Below, piece by piece: positions 55,196 through 64,000 of a DNA stretch of 64,000 nt. The DNA is from a virus. The position numbers and the translations under genes are program-made. The first letter of the stretch is position 1. Each line of letters opens with the position of its first letter. The stretch lies in the IMG/VR virus record IMGVR_UViG_3300025849_000009. The stretch is one strand, 5' to 3'. Below the pieces are notes generated by a model. It searched no databases. It was not told where the DNA came from and worked only from the letters and a program-made list of their open reading frames with translations.

Positions 55196-56442
55196 TATAT
55201 GACTCTTTCTATTTTTTCACACCAACCTTTAGTTGTACTATATGGCCAAAATATCCATTTGTATGGTTTTTCACCTTGATAATCTACAACAACATTAATC
55301 CACTCATTATCAGAATTAAGTTTACTTTTAATTTCATTAGCATTTAAATCATTTCTATATACAGATGTTCCATCTTCTTTTTCACATATAACTGCAACGA
55401 ATTCATAATCGTTTTCTGTTAGCTTAGACTTTGGTATATCTATGAATGTTTTAAATTTTGATAGAAAACTATTGTCATAATCTAACGGTATTGGATTAGG
55501 TGACAATAAATTATCTAATGTGTGTTGTTGTACTCTTCTGTCTTTTAATCTAATTCCAGAATGTTTTTCCCAATCTGCAATAGTTCTAACTCTTCCTAAA
55601 CCATATTTACCAAATGTTTCATCTTCTGAATCAAAAGATTCTCCGTCAATACCTAATAGTTTACGAGTTTTTTCGTGAGTTCTATGATTTCTTTTGTGCC
55701 ATTCTGGGTCATCGTCCCATTGTTTAGTTCTACCTTTACGAGTATATTCATGCCAAGCAATTATTTTATGTGGGTGAAATAAGTCATATCCGTGTGTAAA
55801 TGCTCTAATAGCAATAGTTATCTCTTCACCATGAAAGTAGAATTCAGGATCATGTTGAACCTCAACTGCAAACTTACCTAAAGTAAATGCAAAATGAGCA
55901 GAGTAAAATCTAGAGGATACTGGTCCTTTTAGATTTTTCCAATTAGGTATACTCGCAGGCAAAAAGAATATTACACCCTCTGGTGTAAATCTATCAAAGT
56001 TCATTAACCACGGTTGATTTTGTCTGCCTTCAGGATCGTTATCGGGTTGATATGAGGAAATATAACTTGTAAGTAAAGGTTTTTCATAACCTTTAGCTTG
56101 TAAGCCTTTCAGCATAGTAATTAATTCTGTATCCCAGTTTTTAATAAATCGATGATGAGAATCTAATTGAAAGGTATATGTTTCTCCTTTATATAATTGT
56201 TGTATACTATTTCTAGCCCAACATGCTCCAGTAGAGTCTTTGTAATTTACATCTAAAATTCTAAATCTATCATCATCTTTATATAGATCCATTGTATCCC
56301 ATTCATCTTCTGGTGAATGTTGCCAACATATACCAAATCTAAGTCGATCTGGGTGTTCAGCGTTTTCTATACAATCTTTTAGAGTATTTAATAATTCAGG
56401 ATCTCTATAGCTAGCTATCTGAATAAAAATGGTTTCTTCCAT
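55195..56442 (-). CDS. GT60-like polypeptide/hydroxyproline alpha-GlcNAc transferase
   Basis: TIFIQIASYRDPEL, GACWAR, QLDSHHRF..WD, F.F.GEE, AFTHGYD, H.Y.R. Confidence 0.8.
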   Translation of the reverse strand: MEETIFIQIASYRDPELLNTLKDCIENAEHPDRLRFGICWQHSPEDEWDTMDLYKDDDRFRILDVNYKDSTGACWARNSIQQLYKGETYTFQLDSHHRFIKNWDTELITMLKGLQAKGYEKPLLTSYISSYQPDNDPEGRQNQPWLMNFDRFTPEGVIFFLPASIPNWKNLKGPVSSRFYSAHFAFTLGKFAVEVQHDPEFYFHGEEITIAIRAFTHGYDLFHPHKIIAWHEYTRKGRTKQWDDDPEWHKRNHRTHEKTRKLLGIDGESFDSEDETFGKYGLGRVRTIADWEKHSGIRLKDRRVQQHTLDNLLSPNPIPLDYDNSFLSKFKTFIDIPKSKLTENDYEFVAVICEKEDGTSVYRNDLNANEIKSKLNSDNEWINVVVDYQGEKPYKWIFWPYSTTKGWCEKIERVI

Positions 56443-56512
56443 GTAATTATAACGTTAATTAGTAGTTATATTATATATCAACGTTTTGTTTACATGTAAA
56501 GATACGAATTAG

Positions 56513-59137
56513 TTATTCTATACCTTCTAGTTTTCTATTGTGTGTAATAATCTCATTGGCAATATATGTATCATTCTCTTCAACATCTATCTTATAAGTG
56601 TTAAAAGTTCCAGACATATCTTCAATTGAACTGATAATATGTTCTGTGCCATTATCATTTATAAAGATATCACCCTCTTTAATGTTTATTGCTTGAGTAA
56701 CCATCCATAAATTATCTCTTTTAATAATATGTAAATGTGCTACGGTCGATGTTAATAATCCCTGATTAAAGTTTAAAACTCTATTGACTGTATTCAATTC
56801 TATACCTACAATAGTTGTAGTTGTACTTGAAACTAGTGGATCGGTTTCTTCCCATGTTAATAATTCAAGCACGTTATCGGTGTTTGGCATATTACCTATA
56901 TTATTAGAAGCTAAAGTATCACCTACTTTTAATGTTTCTATTTGTGTAGATGTTCCATTAGGTAATTTAATTTGTGTACCTTCTAATAAACACTCACCGC
57001 TATCATCACATGCGTCTCTCGAAACATTACCTATCCATGTAGGAGCAAAACCACTTGACACTCTAATAATAGTCCACGGTGCTCCACTTTGGTAAGAAGA
57101 ACCTGTAAGTTCATATTTACCTCCTATTATTTTTTGAGTATTACTTTTAGCTTTGACATTCGGTTGCTCTGAATTACACGAACTCAATTCATATATCCAC
57201 ACCTCTGTTGGTGTTGCAGTTGGAACCGGTGTTGCAGTCGGTGTTGGTGTTGGCAAAACAATCTTCGTTACTGTTGGTGTTGCAGTCGGATACGGTGTTG
57301 CAGTTGGCGGAACTGCTGTTGGAACTGGTGTTGCAGTTGGAACCGGTGTTGCAGTCGGTGTTGGTGTTGGAACTGGTGTTGCAGTTGGAACCGGTGTTGC
57401 AGTTGGGTTAGGAGCTTCATAAACACATATAGTCTCACTAGTACATGAACTACCGGAAGCTAATCTTTCAAAACCACTAATACTAGTAACTGTTCCATTA
57501 TTATCAAAATCATATATGTTTACCACTTCTTGTGAACATACAGAAACAACATAACCTTCTTTTCCATTACGCCATACATTTGCAGTACTTAACATTTGAT
57601 TAAGGCGTGTATTTATATATGTTCCAGATCCTATTGATTTATATCTTAATCCATATCTATTTGAATCTACATTCGTGGCGAACCAAGAGTGTTGACAATT
57701 ACCCGTTGGAATATCTGTTGGAGATGGTGTTGCAGTTGGACTTAAAGAAGTATCATTAATATATAACCAATCCGTAGATGCAACTATAGTACCTGTGTAA
57801 CTACCTGTTCTAAGATGTAATTTAAATCTTTCTTGACCTTCGGTTAAATTATCTTGCGTTACTGTAAATCCAAATTGCCTTTTACCACTTTGTGGCGTAG
57901 ATACCCCGGTATTTTCTTGTATTGTAACTTGTCCTTGATTTGCAGCGGATGTATCACTAGACATGTTAGCAGTACTTCCAGAATCAACAGTCCAATATAA
58001 ATTAGTACCATAAGTAACATATTTTGTCAATGCATTAAATGTAAAACTTCCACCTTCATTAGCACTAGAAGTTGGTGATTCCAATGCATATTCTGGTGGA
58101 TAATAATAAATATTTGTTACTGTTGAACCATCAAAATAAAACGCAAAAGTAGAGCCATATTCATGATACCACCCTACAGGAGCATCATCACATGTTGGTA
58201 TATAACTTTCATCACATAATGATTCTATTCCCGTAATTAATCCAGAATTTACCCAATTCCCAGAAGCATCAAACGTAACTGTGTCATATCTACCAGCGGG
58301 TGTTGTTCCAATTGCTAAGTCATAATAAAAATTACCTCCTCCTGATGAATATGCACCTGTTGGATTTCTAGTACTTTGTACCATAACTTGAACGTCTAGT
58401 GAATCAACTATCCCAATAAGCGTATTATTAAAATATGCATTATCGATTAAATTATTTGTATCATCATCTCCACCTGGTACATTATCAGTAATTAATATGA
58501 TTATTTTAATTGCGTCAGATCTAAATCCTCCGGCAATTCCATTATTAACTATTTCGTTTACTGCTAACCCACCCGGTTCTGGACCTGCAGAACCAGCGCC
58601 CAAAGGAAAGTTAGAAGTATCTATCACATTTAACTTTGATTGAAAATCAGCTGTTTGACCTACGCCAAAAAATGGTGACATACATGTAATAAATTGAGTA
58701 TCGTTAGTTCCACTAGTTATCTTTACTTTTTGTGAAGCAGGTAAATTTTGATATATTGTGTTATTATAATTTGATGGTGCTGCCAGATTATTAGTACCAT
58801 ATTCATCAAATAATGTAAGACTTACTCTATAATTTCCATTTGATACAGTATTAATTGTATTTAGTATATTAGTAATACCTGCTTTTACACCACTTATAGA
58901 ACCACTCATTGAAGCGGTATAATCTACTAAAAATGCAACATCAAATCCAGCCGAACATGTAGTTGGTACTGTTAATTGATCCCCAACACCAGGTGTTCCA
59001 TTAATATGATATGGATTTACCGCGTTTGATGTAGGTGTGGCATTTAAACCATTATACGACGATGCGCTATAAACTAAGTTAATTAGATTCGAAGGTGGAA
59101 TACATTCTTCTCCATGTGTAAATACCGATATTGCCAT
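56513..59137 (-). CDS. Adhesin-like protein: vWA + Calx-beta-like + Pro/Thr repeat + C-terminal Hint domain
   Basis: FLVDYTASM (MIDAS-like), ILITD, D.LTEG.E.F.L, (PTATPV)n, CLLEGT...THN. Confidence 0.85.
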   Translation of the reverse strand: MAISVFTHGEECIPPSNLINLVYSASSYNGLNATPTSNAVNPYHINGTPGVGDQLTVPTTCSAGFDVAFLVDYTASMSGSISGVKAGITNILNTINTVSNGNYRVSLTLFDEYGTNNLAAPSNYNNTIYQNLPASQKVKITSGTNDTQFITCMSPFFGVGQTADFQSKLNVIDTSNFPLGAGSAGPEPGGLAVNEIVNNGIAGGFRSDAIKIIILITDNVPGGDDDTNNLIDNAYFNNTLIGIVDSLDVQVMVQSTRNPTGAYSSGGGNFYYDLAIGTTPAGRYDTVTFDASGNWVNSGLITGIESLCDESYIPTCDDAPVGWYHEYGSTFAFYFDGSTVTNIYYYPPEYALESPTSSANEGGSFTFNALTKYVTYGTNLYWTVDSGSTANMSSDTSAANQGQVTIQENTGVSTPQSGKRQFGFTVTQDNLTEGQERFKLHLRTGSYTGTIVASTDWLYINDTSLSPTATPSPTDIPTGNCQHSWFATNVDSNRYGLRYKSIGSGTYINTRLNQMLSTANVWRNGKEGYVVSVCSQEVVNIYDFDNNGTVTSISGFERLASGSSCTSETICVYEAPNPTATPVPTATPVPTPTPTATPVPTATPVPTAVPPTATPYPTATPTVTKIVLPTPTPTATPVPTATPTEVWIYELSSCNSEQPNVKAKSNTQKIIGGKYELTGSSYQSGAPWTIIRVSSGFAPTWIGNVSRDACDDSGECLLEGTQIKLPNGTSTQIETLKVGDTLASNNIGNMPNTDNVLELLTWEETDPLVSSTTTTIVGIELNTVNRVLNFNQGLLTSTVAHLHIIKRDNLWMVTQAINIKEGDIFINDNGTEHIISSIEDMSGTFNTYKIDVEENDTYIANEIITHNRKLEGIE
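56537..56992 (-). other. Hint autoprocessing domain
   Basis: Cys1, STVAH, IDVE, THN; +1 residue Arg. Confidence 0.88.
57205..57410 (-). repeat. Coding Pro/Thr repeat (PTATPV, 18-bp unit)
   Basis: Repeated GGTGTTGCAGT(T/C)GG. Confidence 0.85.
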
Positions 59138-59140
59138 GTT

Positions 59141-59458
59141 TTACTTATTTAATCTTTTTATTAAGTCATCCATATTAAAATAGAAAGAATACCCAGCTCC
59201 TTGATAGCCATGATCTTGTTCTACTGTAAAACCTGCTCTGAATTTTTTAAGTGCACTATTAATAGTATCTTCAATATCTTTGCCTATTAAAATAGGATCG
59301 TCAATTGCTAATTCTTTATCATTATCTTTACCAGTAGCAGCCAATGCTAAAAGACCACCCTTACCGAATTGGTATGATAGTCTATAGTTGATAGCTTTCA
59401 TACTAGAAACCACTTGGAAATTCTTCTCTTCTAAAAACTCTTCAAATAATTTAGCCAT
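59141..59458 (-). CDS. Hypothetical protein, possible internal head protein
   Basis: N-terminus [11 protein letters not shown]. Confidence 0.7.
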   Translation of the reverse strand: MAKLFEEFLEEKNFQVVSSMKAINYRLSYQFGKGGLLALAATGKDNDKELAIDDPILIGKDIEDTINSALKKFRAGFTVEQDHGYQGAGYSFYFNMDDLIKRLNK

Positions 59459-59481
59459 GTTAATTATATATTATATTTTTA

Positions 59482-62400
59482 TTACACTTCCTGGTTACAT
59501 TCACTGCTGCTATTTAAGAATTCTAACGTTGCAGTAAATCCTGATCCTGTATATGAGTCTCTATTAGCTGAAATATACAAATATTTAGAGTCTGTGTCTA
59601 TTTCTGTATTTATAGTAGCAGCACTAAATTTAGTATTAGCATTATGTGTCCATTGTGTAATGTTAGTAACACCACCACTACTGTCTACGCCATGTAAAGT
59701 AAATGTTACGGCATCAGAGTTATTAGTAACACCATATGATGATTCTATGTATCTCAACGCAAATCCTTCATATTTAAATGTCCATGGCACCATTACAAAT
59801 GCTTTTTGTAATCCTATATTCGTAATTGTCACATCTCTTGGAACTGGATTAAGAGCTATATGTTCAAAACACGTTCCTGTTCCACGTGGTCCAGTAATAC
59901 TTCTACCTGAAGTTCCACTTGTACCATTAACTCCTGAAGTTCCATTAACTCCTGAAGTTCCATCATTTCCTGAAGTTCCATCATTTCCTGAAGTCCCATC
60001 TTTACCAGATGTACCGTCTGTATAATCTTCATCTTTTATTGGAGTTGTACCTGAAGTACCATCGGTTCCTGAAGTTCCATCGGTTCCTGAAGTTCCATCG
60101 GTTCCTGAAGTTCCATCTGTTCCACTTGATCCATTAGTTCCTGAAGTTCCATCTTTACCAGATGTACCGTCTGTATAATCTTCATCTTTTATTGGTGTTA
60201 CACCTGAAGTTCCATCTGTTCCACTCGTTCCATCTGTTCCTGAAGTACCATCTTTACCAGATGTACCATCAAAATAATCTTCATCTTTTATTGGTGTTAC
60301 ACCTGAAGTTCCATCTGTACCTGAAGTACCATCAGTTCCTGAAGTACCATCTGTACCTGAAGTACCATCATTTCCTGAAGTCCCATCTTTACCAGATGTA
60401 CCATCAAAATAATCTTCATCTTTTATTGGTGTTGCACCTGAAGTTCCATCTGTACCACTTGTACCATTAGTTCCAGAAGTTCCATCAGTTCCTGAGCTTC
60501 CGTTAGTTCCACTTGTACCATCAGTTCCTGAAGTCCCATCTGTACCTGAAGTACCATCAGTTCCTGAAGTTCCATCTGTACCTGAAGTTCCATCTTTACC
60601 AGATGTACCATTTAAGCCAGAAGTTCCATCTGTGCCTGAAGTTCCATCAGTTCCTGAAGTTCCATCTGTACCTGAAGTTCCATCAGTTCCTGAAGTACCA
60701 TCTTTACCTGAAGTTCCAGAAGTTCCATTTACACCAGAAGTACCATCTACATAATCTTCACCTTTTATTGGCGTTATACCTGAAGTTCCGTCTGTTCCTG
60801 AAGTACCATCTTTACCAGATGTACCATCAAAATAATCTTCGTCTTTTATTGGAGTTGTACCTGAAGTACCATCTACACCTGAAGTTCCACTTACACCAGA
60901 ACTACCATCAGTTCCTGAAGTACCATCAGTACCTGAACTTCCGTTAGTTCCACTCGTTCCATCTGTTCCTGAAGTTCCATCTTTACCAGATGTACCATTT
61001 TCACCATCTACATAATCTTCACCTTTTATTGGCGTTATACCTGAAGTTCCGTTTGTACCAGAAGTTCCGTTTGTACCAGAAGTTCCATCAGTTCCTGAAG
61101 TACCATCTGTTCCAGAGATTCCGTTAGTTCCACTTGATCCATCAGCTCCTGAAGTTCCATCTTTACCAGATGTACCGTCAAAATAATCTTCATCTTTTAT
61201 TGGTGTTGCGCCTGAAGTTCCATCTGTTCCAGACGTTCCATCTTTACCAGATGTACCGTTTTCACCATCTACATAATCTTCACCTTTTATTGGTGTTACA
61301 CCTGAAGTACCGTCTGTTCCTGAAGTACCGTCTGTTCCTGAAGTTCCACTTACACCAGAAGTTCCACTTACACCAGAAGTTCCAGATATACCAGAAGTTC
61401 CTGGATTACCAGTTACTCCTGAAGATCCACTTGATCCATCAGCTCCTGAAGTTCCATCTTTACCAGATGTACCATTTTCACCATCTACATAATCTTCACC
61501 TTTTATTGGTGTTACACCTGAAGTTCCAGATATACCTGAAGTTCCATTAATTCCAGATGTACCGTTAATTCCAGATGTACCATTAACTCCATCAATACCT
61601 GATGTGCCGTCAATACCAGAGGTTCCATTAATTCCAGATGTACCATTAACTCCATCAATACCTGAAGTTCCATCTTTACCAGATGTACCATTTTCACCAT
61701 CTACATAATCTTCACCTTTTATTGGTGTTACACCTGAAGTTCCATTAACTCCATCAATACCTGAAGTCCCATCATTTCCCGAAGTCCCATCTCTACCAGA
61801 TGTACCGTTTTCACCATCTACACCTGAAGTTCCATCAACGCCTGATGTTCCACTAATACCTGATGTTCCATTAACTCCATCAACTCCCGAAGTCCCATCT
61901 TTACCAGATGTACCATTTTCACCATCTACATAATCTTCACCTTTTATTGGTGTTGTACCTGAAGTTCCATCAGCTCCCGAAGTTCCATCATTTCCTGAAG
62001 TCCCATCATTTCCATCAACACCAGACGTTCCATCATTTCCTGAAGTTCCATCATTTCCATCAACTCCCGAAGTCCCATCTTTACCAGAAGTTCCTGATGC
62101 ACCTTGTATTGATCCACCATTAATCCACTCTGTTCCATTCCACATCCAGAAACTATCATCTAATTGTACAATATATGCATCTCCTTGTTCATTTCCTTCT
62201 TGTGGTAACTGTTCTTGAACTTCAACCTCTCCTTTAAAATTAACACCTGGGCCTACTCCACCTTGTGGACCATCAACTCCCGAAGTCCCATCTCTACCAG
62301 ATGTACCGTTTTCACCATCTACACCTGAAGTTCCATCAACACCTGATGTTCCAGCAAGTCCATCAACACCAGACGTTCCATCTTTACCAGATGTACCGTT

Positions 62401-63894
62401 TTCACCATCTACATAATCTTCACCTTTTATTGGTGTTGTACCTGAAGTACCATTAATTCCTGAAGTTCCATTATCTCCATCAACACCAGATGTTCCATCA
62501 ACACCAGATGTTCCATTATCTCCATCAACACCAGAAGTTCCATCATCTCCAGCAACATTCGGTATAGTAACACCATCGCCGTTCGTGTAAACAATTGTCA
62601 TGTTACCATCTTCGTCTATTTGAATAGAAGAAATTCCTCTACCATCAGCACCATCAGCACCTACATCTCCATCGTCACCTTTAATACCAGGTATACCTGT
62701 TAAATTAATGTTCCATATAGAATTAAATGAATCTACTGTACTTTGATAAACATTATTCCACGTCATTACACCAGTAGAGCTATCATATGAAGTTACTTGT
62801 ACTATATCGAAATTACTAGGACCAGCATCTAAAGATACTATAATGTATTCACCACCAATATATGATAGACCTGTATCTACTGTTACTGAACCTAAATCAG
62901 CGCCAGAATTTCTGTCATCACCGAGAGAGTGTGGACCATCAAATGAAGTTTTAAATTCTATTGATTCTCCATCTGTTCCAGAAGTTCCGTCAACTCCTGA
63001 AGTTCCAGCTTGGCCATCTACACCTGAAGTTCCGTCAATTCCGGATGTTCCGTCAATTCCGGATGTTCCGTCAATTCCGGATGTTCCACTAACTCCATTA
63101 ATACCAGAAGTTCCGTCAATACCGGATGTTCCATTAATACCGGATGTTCCATTAACGCCGTCATTACCGTCTTCTCCATTATTACCATCTTTTCCTGATG
63201 TTCCATCAACTCCTGATGTTCCGTCAACACCGTCATTTCCTGAAGTTCCAGCGAGTCCATTAATACCTGAAGTACCATTACTACCTGATGTTCCATCAAC
63301 ACCGGATGTTCCAGCGTCGCCTTGATCACCTGATGTTCCATCAACTCCTGATGTTCCATCTGCACCTTGTGCTCCATCTGCACCTTGTGCTCCATCAACA
63401 CCTGATGTTCCGTCTTCTCCAGATAATGATACTTCTACCCAACATCCATTAGGATCATTAGATATTCCTATATCTGTAGCTGTTTTTTGTTCGGCAGTAA
63501 AACCGTTTGCTGGAGTTGCACCCGCAGCACAGTAAGTTCCTGCAGGATCAATTCTTAATGCTCTTTCCCATTCTGGTAAAGCTATCCATTCAGCTTCTCC
63601 TAAATCACCACCGTTTCCAAAGAAACCAACAGGAATTAAATTAAATATTTTTTTATCTTCTACAACATGAACCATCATACCAACTCTTCTTCTACCTGAT
63701 GACCAAATGTCATCTGATAAAGTAAAACCTGTATATGTTGAAACGCCATTTTCAAAAAGAGGTATTCCATTTCTTTCTCCAATTGTTATCATTTCTTGAT
63801 AACCACCTTTTTGTGCGATAGAATGTATTATTCCGTCCGATGGTGCAGATGCTGAAAGAAAGTTTAGTCTTTGTATTCCTTGTGGTAAAGCCAT
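59482..63894 (-). CDS. Giant Gly-X-Y (GTS/GxD) collagen-like fibre protein
   Basis: 1470 aa; G-X-Y runs interrupted by 13 TPIK(G/D)EDY motifs and a GDAYIV knob; RRRVGM N-terminal domain. Confidence 0.88.
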   Translation of the reverse strand: MALPQGIQRLNFLSASAPSDGIIHSIAQKGGYQEMITIGERNGIPLFENGVSTYTGFTLSDDIWSSGRRRVGMMVHVVEDKKIFNLIPVGFFGNGGDLGEAEWIALPEWERALRIDPAGTYCAAGATPANGFTAEQKTATDIGISNDPNGCWVEVSLSGEDGTSGVDGAQGADGAQGADGTSGVDGTSGDQGDAGTSGVDGTSGSNGTSGINGLAGTSGNDGVDGTSGVDGTSGKDGNNGEDGNDGVNGTSGINGTSGIDGTSGINGVSGTSGIDGTSGIDGTSGIDGTSGVDGQAGTSGVDGTSGTDGESIEFKTSFDGPHSLGDDRNSGADLGSVTVDTGLSYIGGEYIIVSLDAGPSNFDIVQVTSYDSSTGVMTWNNVYQSTVDSFNSIWNINLTGIPGIKGDDGDVGADGADGRGISSIQIDEDGNMTIVYTNGDGVTIPNVAGDDGTSGVDGDNGTSGVDGTSGVDGDNGTSGINGTSGTTPIKGEDYVDGENGTSGKDGTSGVDGLAGTSGVDGTSGVDGENGTSGRDGTSGVDGPQGGVGPGVNFKGEVEVQEQLPQEGNEQGDAYIVQLDDSFWMWNGTEWINGGSIQGASGTSGKDGTSGVDGNDGTSGNDGTSGVDGNDGTSGNDGTSGADGTSGTTPIKGEDYVDGENGTSGKDGTSGVDGVNGTSGISGTSGVDGTSGVDGENGTSGRDGTSGNDGTSGIDGVNGTSGVTPIKGEDYVDGENGTSGKDGTSGIDGVNGTSGINGTSGIDGTSGIDGVNGTSGINGTSGINGTSGISGTSGVTPIKGEDYVDGENGTSGKDGTSGADGSSGSSGVTGNPGTSGISGTSGVSGTSGVSGTSGTDGTSGTDGTSGVTPIKGEDYVDGENGTSGKDGTSGTDGTSGATPIKDEDYFDGTSGKDGTSGADGSSGTNGISGTDGTSGTDGTSGTNGTSGTNGTSGITPIKGEDYVDGENGTSGKDGTSGTDGTSGTNGSSGTDGTSGTDGSSGVSGTSGVDGTSGTTPIKDEDYFDGTSGKDGTSGTDGTSGITPIKGEDYVDGTSGVNGTSGTSGKDGTSGTDGTSGTDGTSGTDGTSGTDGTSGLNGTSGKDGTSGTDGTSGTDGTSGTDGTSGTDGTSGTNGSSGTDGTSGTNGTSGTDGTSGATPIKDEDYFDGTSGKDGTSGNDGTSGTDGTSGTDGTSGTDGTSGVTPIKDEDYFDGTSGKDGTSGTDGTSGTDGTSGVTPIKDEDYTDGTSGKDGTSGTNGSSGTDGTSGTDGTSGTDGTSGTDGTSGTTPIKDEDYTDGTSGKDGTSGNDGTSGNDGTSGVNGTSGVNGTSGTSGRSITGPRGTGTCFEHIALNPVPRDVTITNIGLQKAFVMVPWTFKYEGFALRYIESSYGVTNNSDAVTFTLHGVDSSGGVTNITQWTHNANTKFSAATINTEIDTDSKYLYISANRDSYTGSGFTATLEFLNSSSECNQEV

Positions 63895-63948
63895 TATAAA
63901 TTAAATTATTTTTCTTTTTTTATATATCTAAATTAAAATCATGGAAAC

Positions 63949-63979
63949 AAAAAAAAGAGAGGCAAAAAGCCTCTCTTTT
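63949..63979 (-). terminator. Intrinsic terminator
   Basis: AAAGAGAGGC-TTTTT-GCCTCTCTTT followed by T run. Confidence 0.85.
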
Positions 63980-64000
63980 AATAAAATTAATTTATTTGAT

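Noticed and set aside
1-64000. Giant eukaryotic virus (NCLDV) or cellular chromosome
   Set aside because: PLOD, collagen and GT60 genes recall mimiviruses, but bS21, ClpP/ClpC, overlapping operons, intrinsic terminators, repeated phage-type promoters and many small orphans indicate a bacteriophage. No capsid or terminase gene is in the window, so this is not proven.
1-64000. Alternative genetic code, diversity-generating retroelement, tRNA or rRNA genes
   Set aside because: Genes are intact and dense under code 11 with TAA, TAG and TGA all used as stops; no reverse transcriptase seen; no convincing cloverleaf found by eye.

Overview
This is an AT-rich (about 30% GC by eye), gene-dense segment of a large dsDNA bacteriophage, probably infecting Bacteroidota. 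It has a phage bS21 with a Bacteroidota-type C-terminus, A-rich translation starts without Shine-Dalgarno sites, and intrinsic terminators. Almost all genes are on the minus strand; the exception is a plus-strand early-gene island at about 45.3-50.3 kb, flanked by GC-rich non-coding DNA. Contents: (1) repair and metabolic genes (UvsE, RNase HII, PhoH, nucleotidases, ThyA, a dCMP-hydroxymethylase-type paralogue, MgsA, KdsB, KdsD); (2) a proteostasis set (DnaJ, Hsp20, ClpP, an N-domain-less ClpC, five small UVR-motif proteins); (3) two glycosylation clusters next to very large low-complexity fibre genes (three Gly-X-Y proteins, an Ala-rich coiled coil, a vWA/Pro-Thr/Hint protein). Main finding: the two adjacent Thr-rich genes at 16488-19310 and 19386-22736 encode proteins that are reverse complements of each other at the amino-acid level. 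An aperiodic pattern of aromatic (W/F/Y) versus basic/amide (R/K/Q/H) residues in one is mirrored and swapped in the other, in one constant antiparallel register (i+j=928) over about 800 residues, with a Hint domain at the junction. This suggests a sequence-coded heterodimeric protein zipper fibre. Also notable: a GT25-lysyl hydroxylase (PLOD-like) fusion with collagen-like candidate substrates, and three recurrent promoter motifs. All family assignments come from motif recognition, not database searches.
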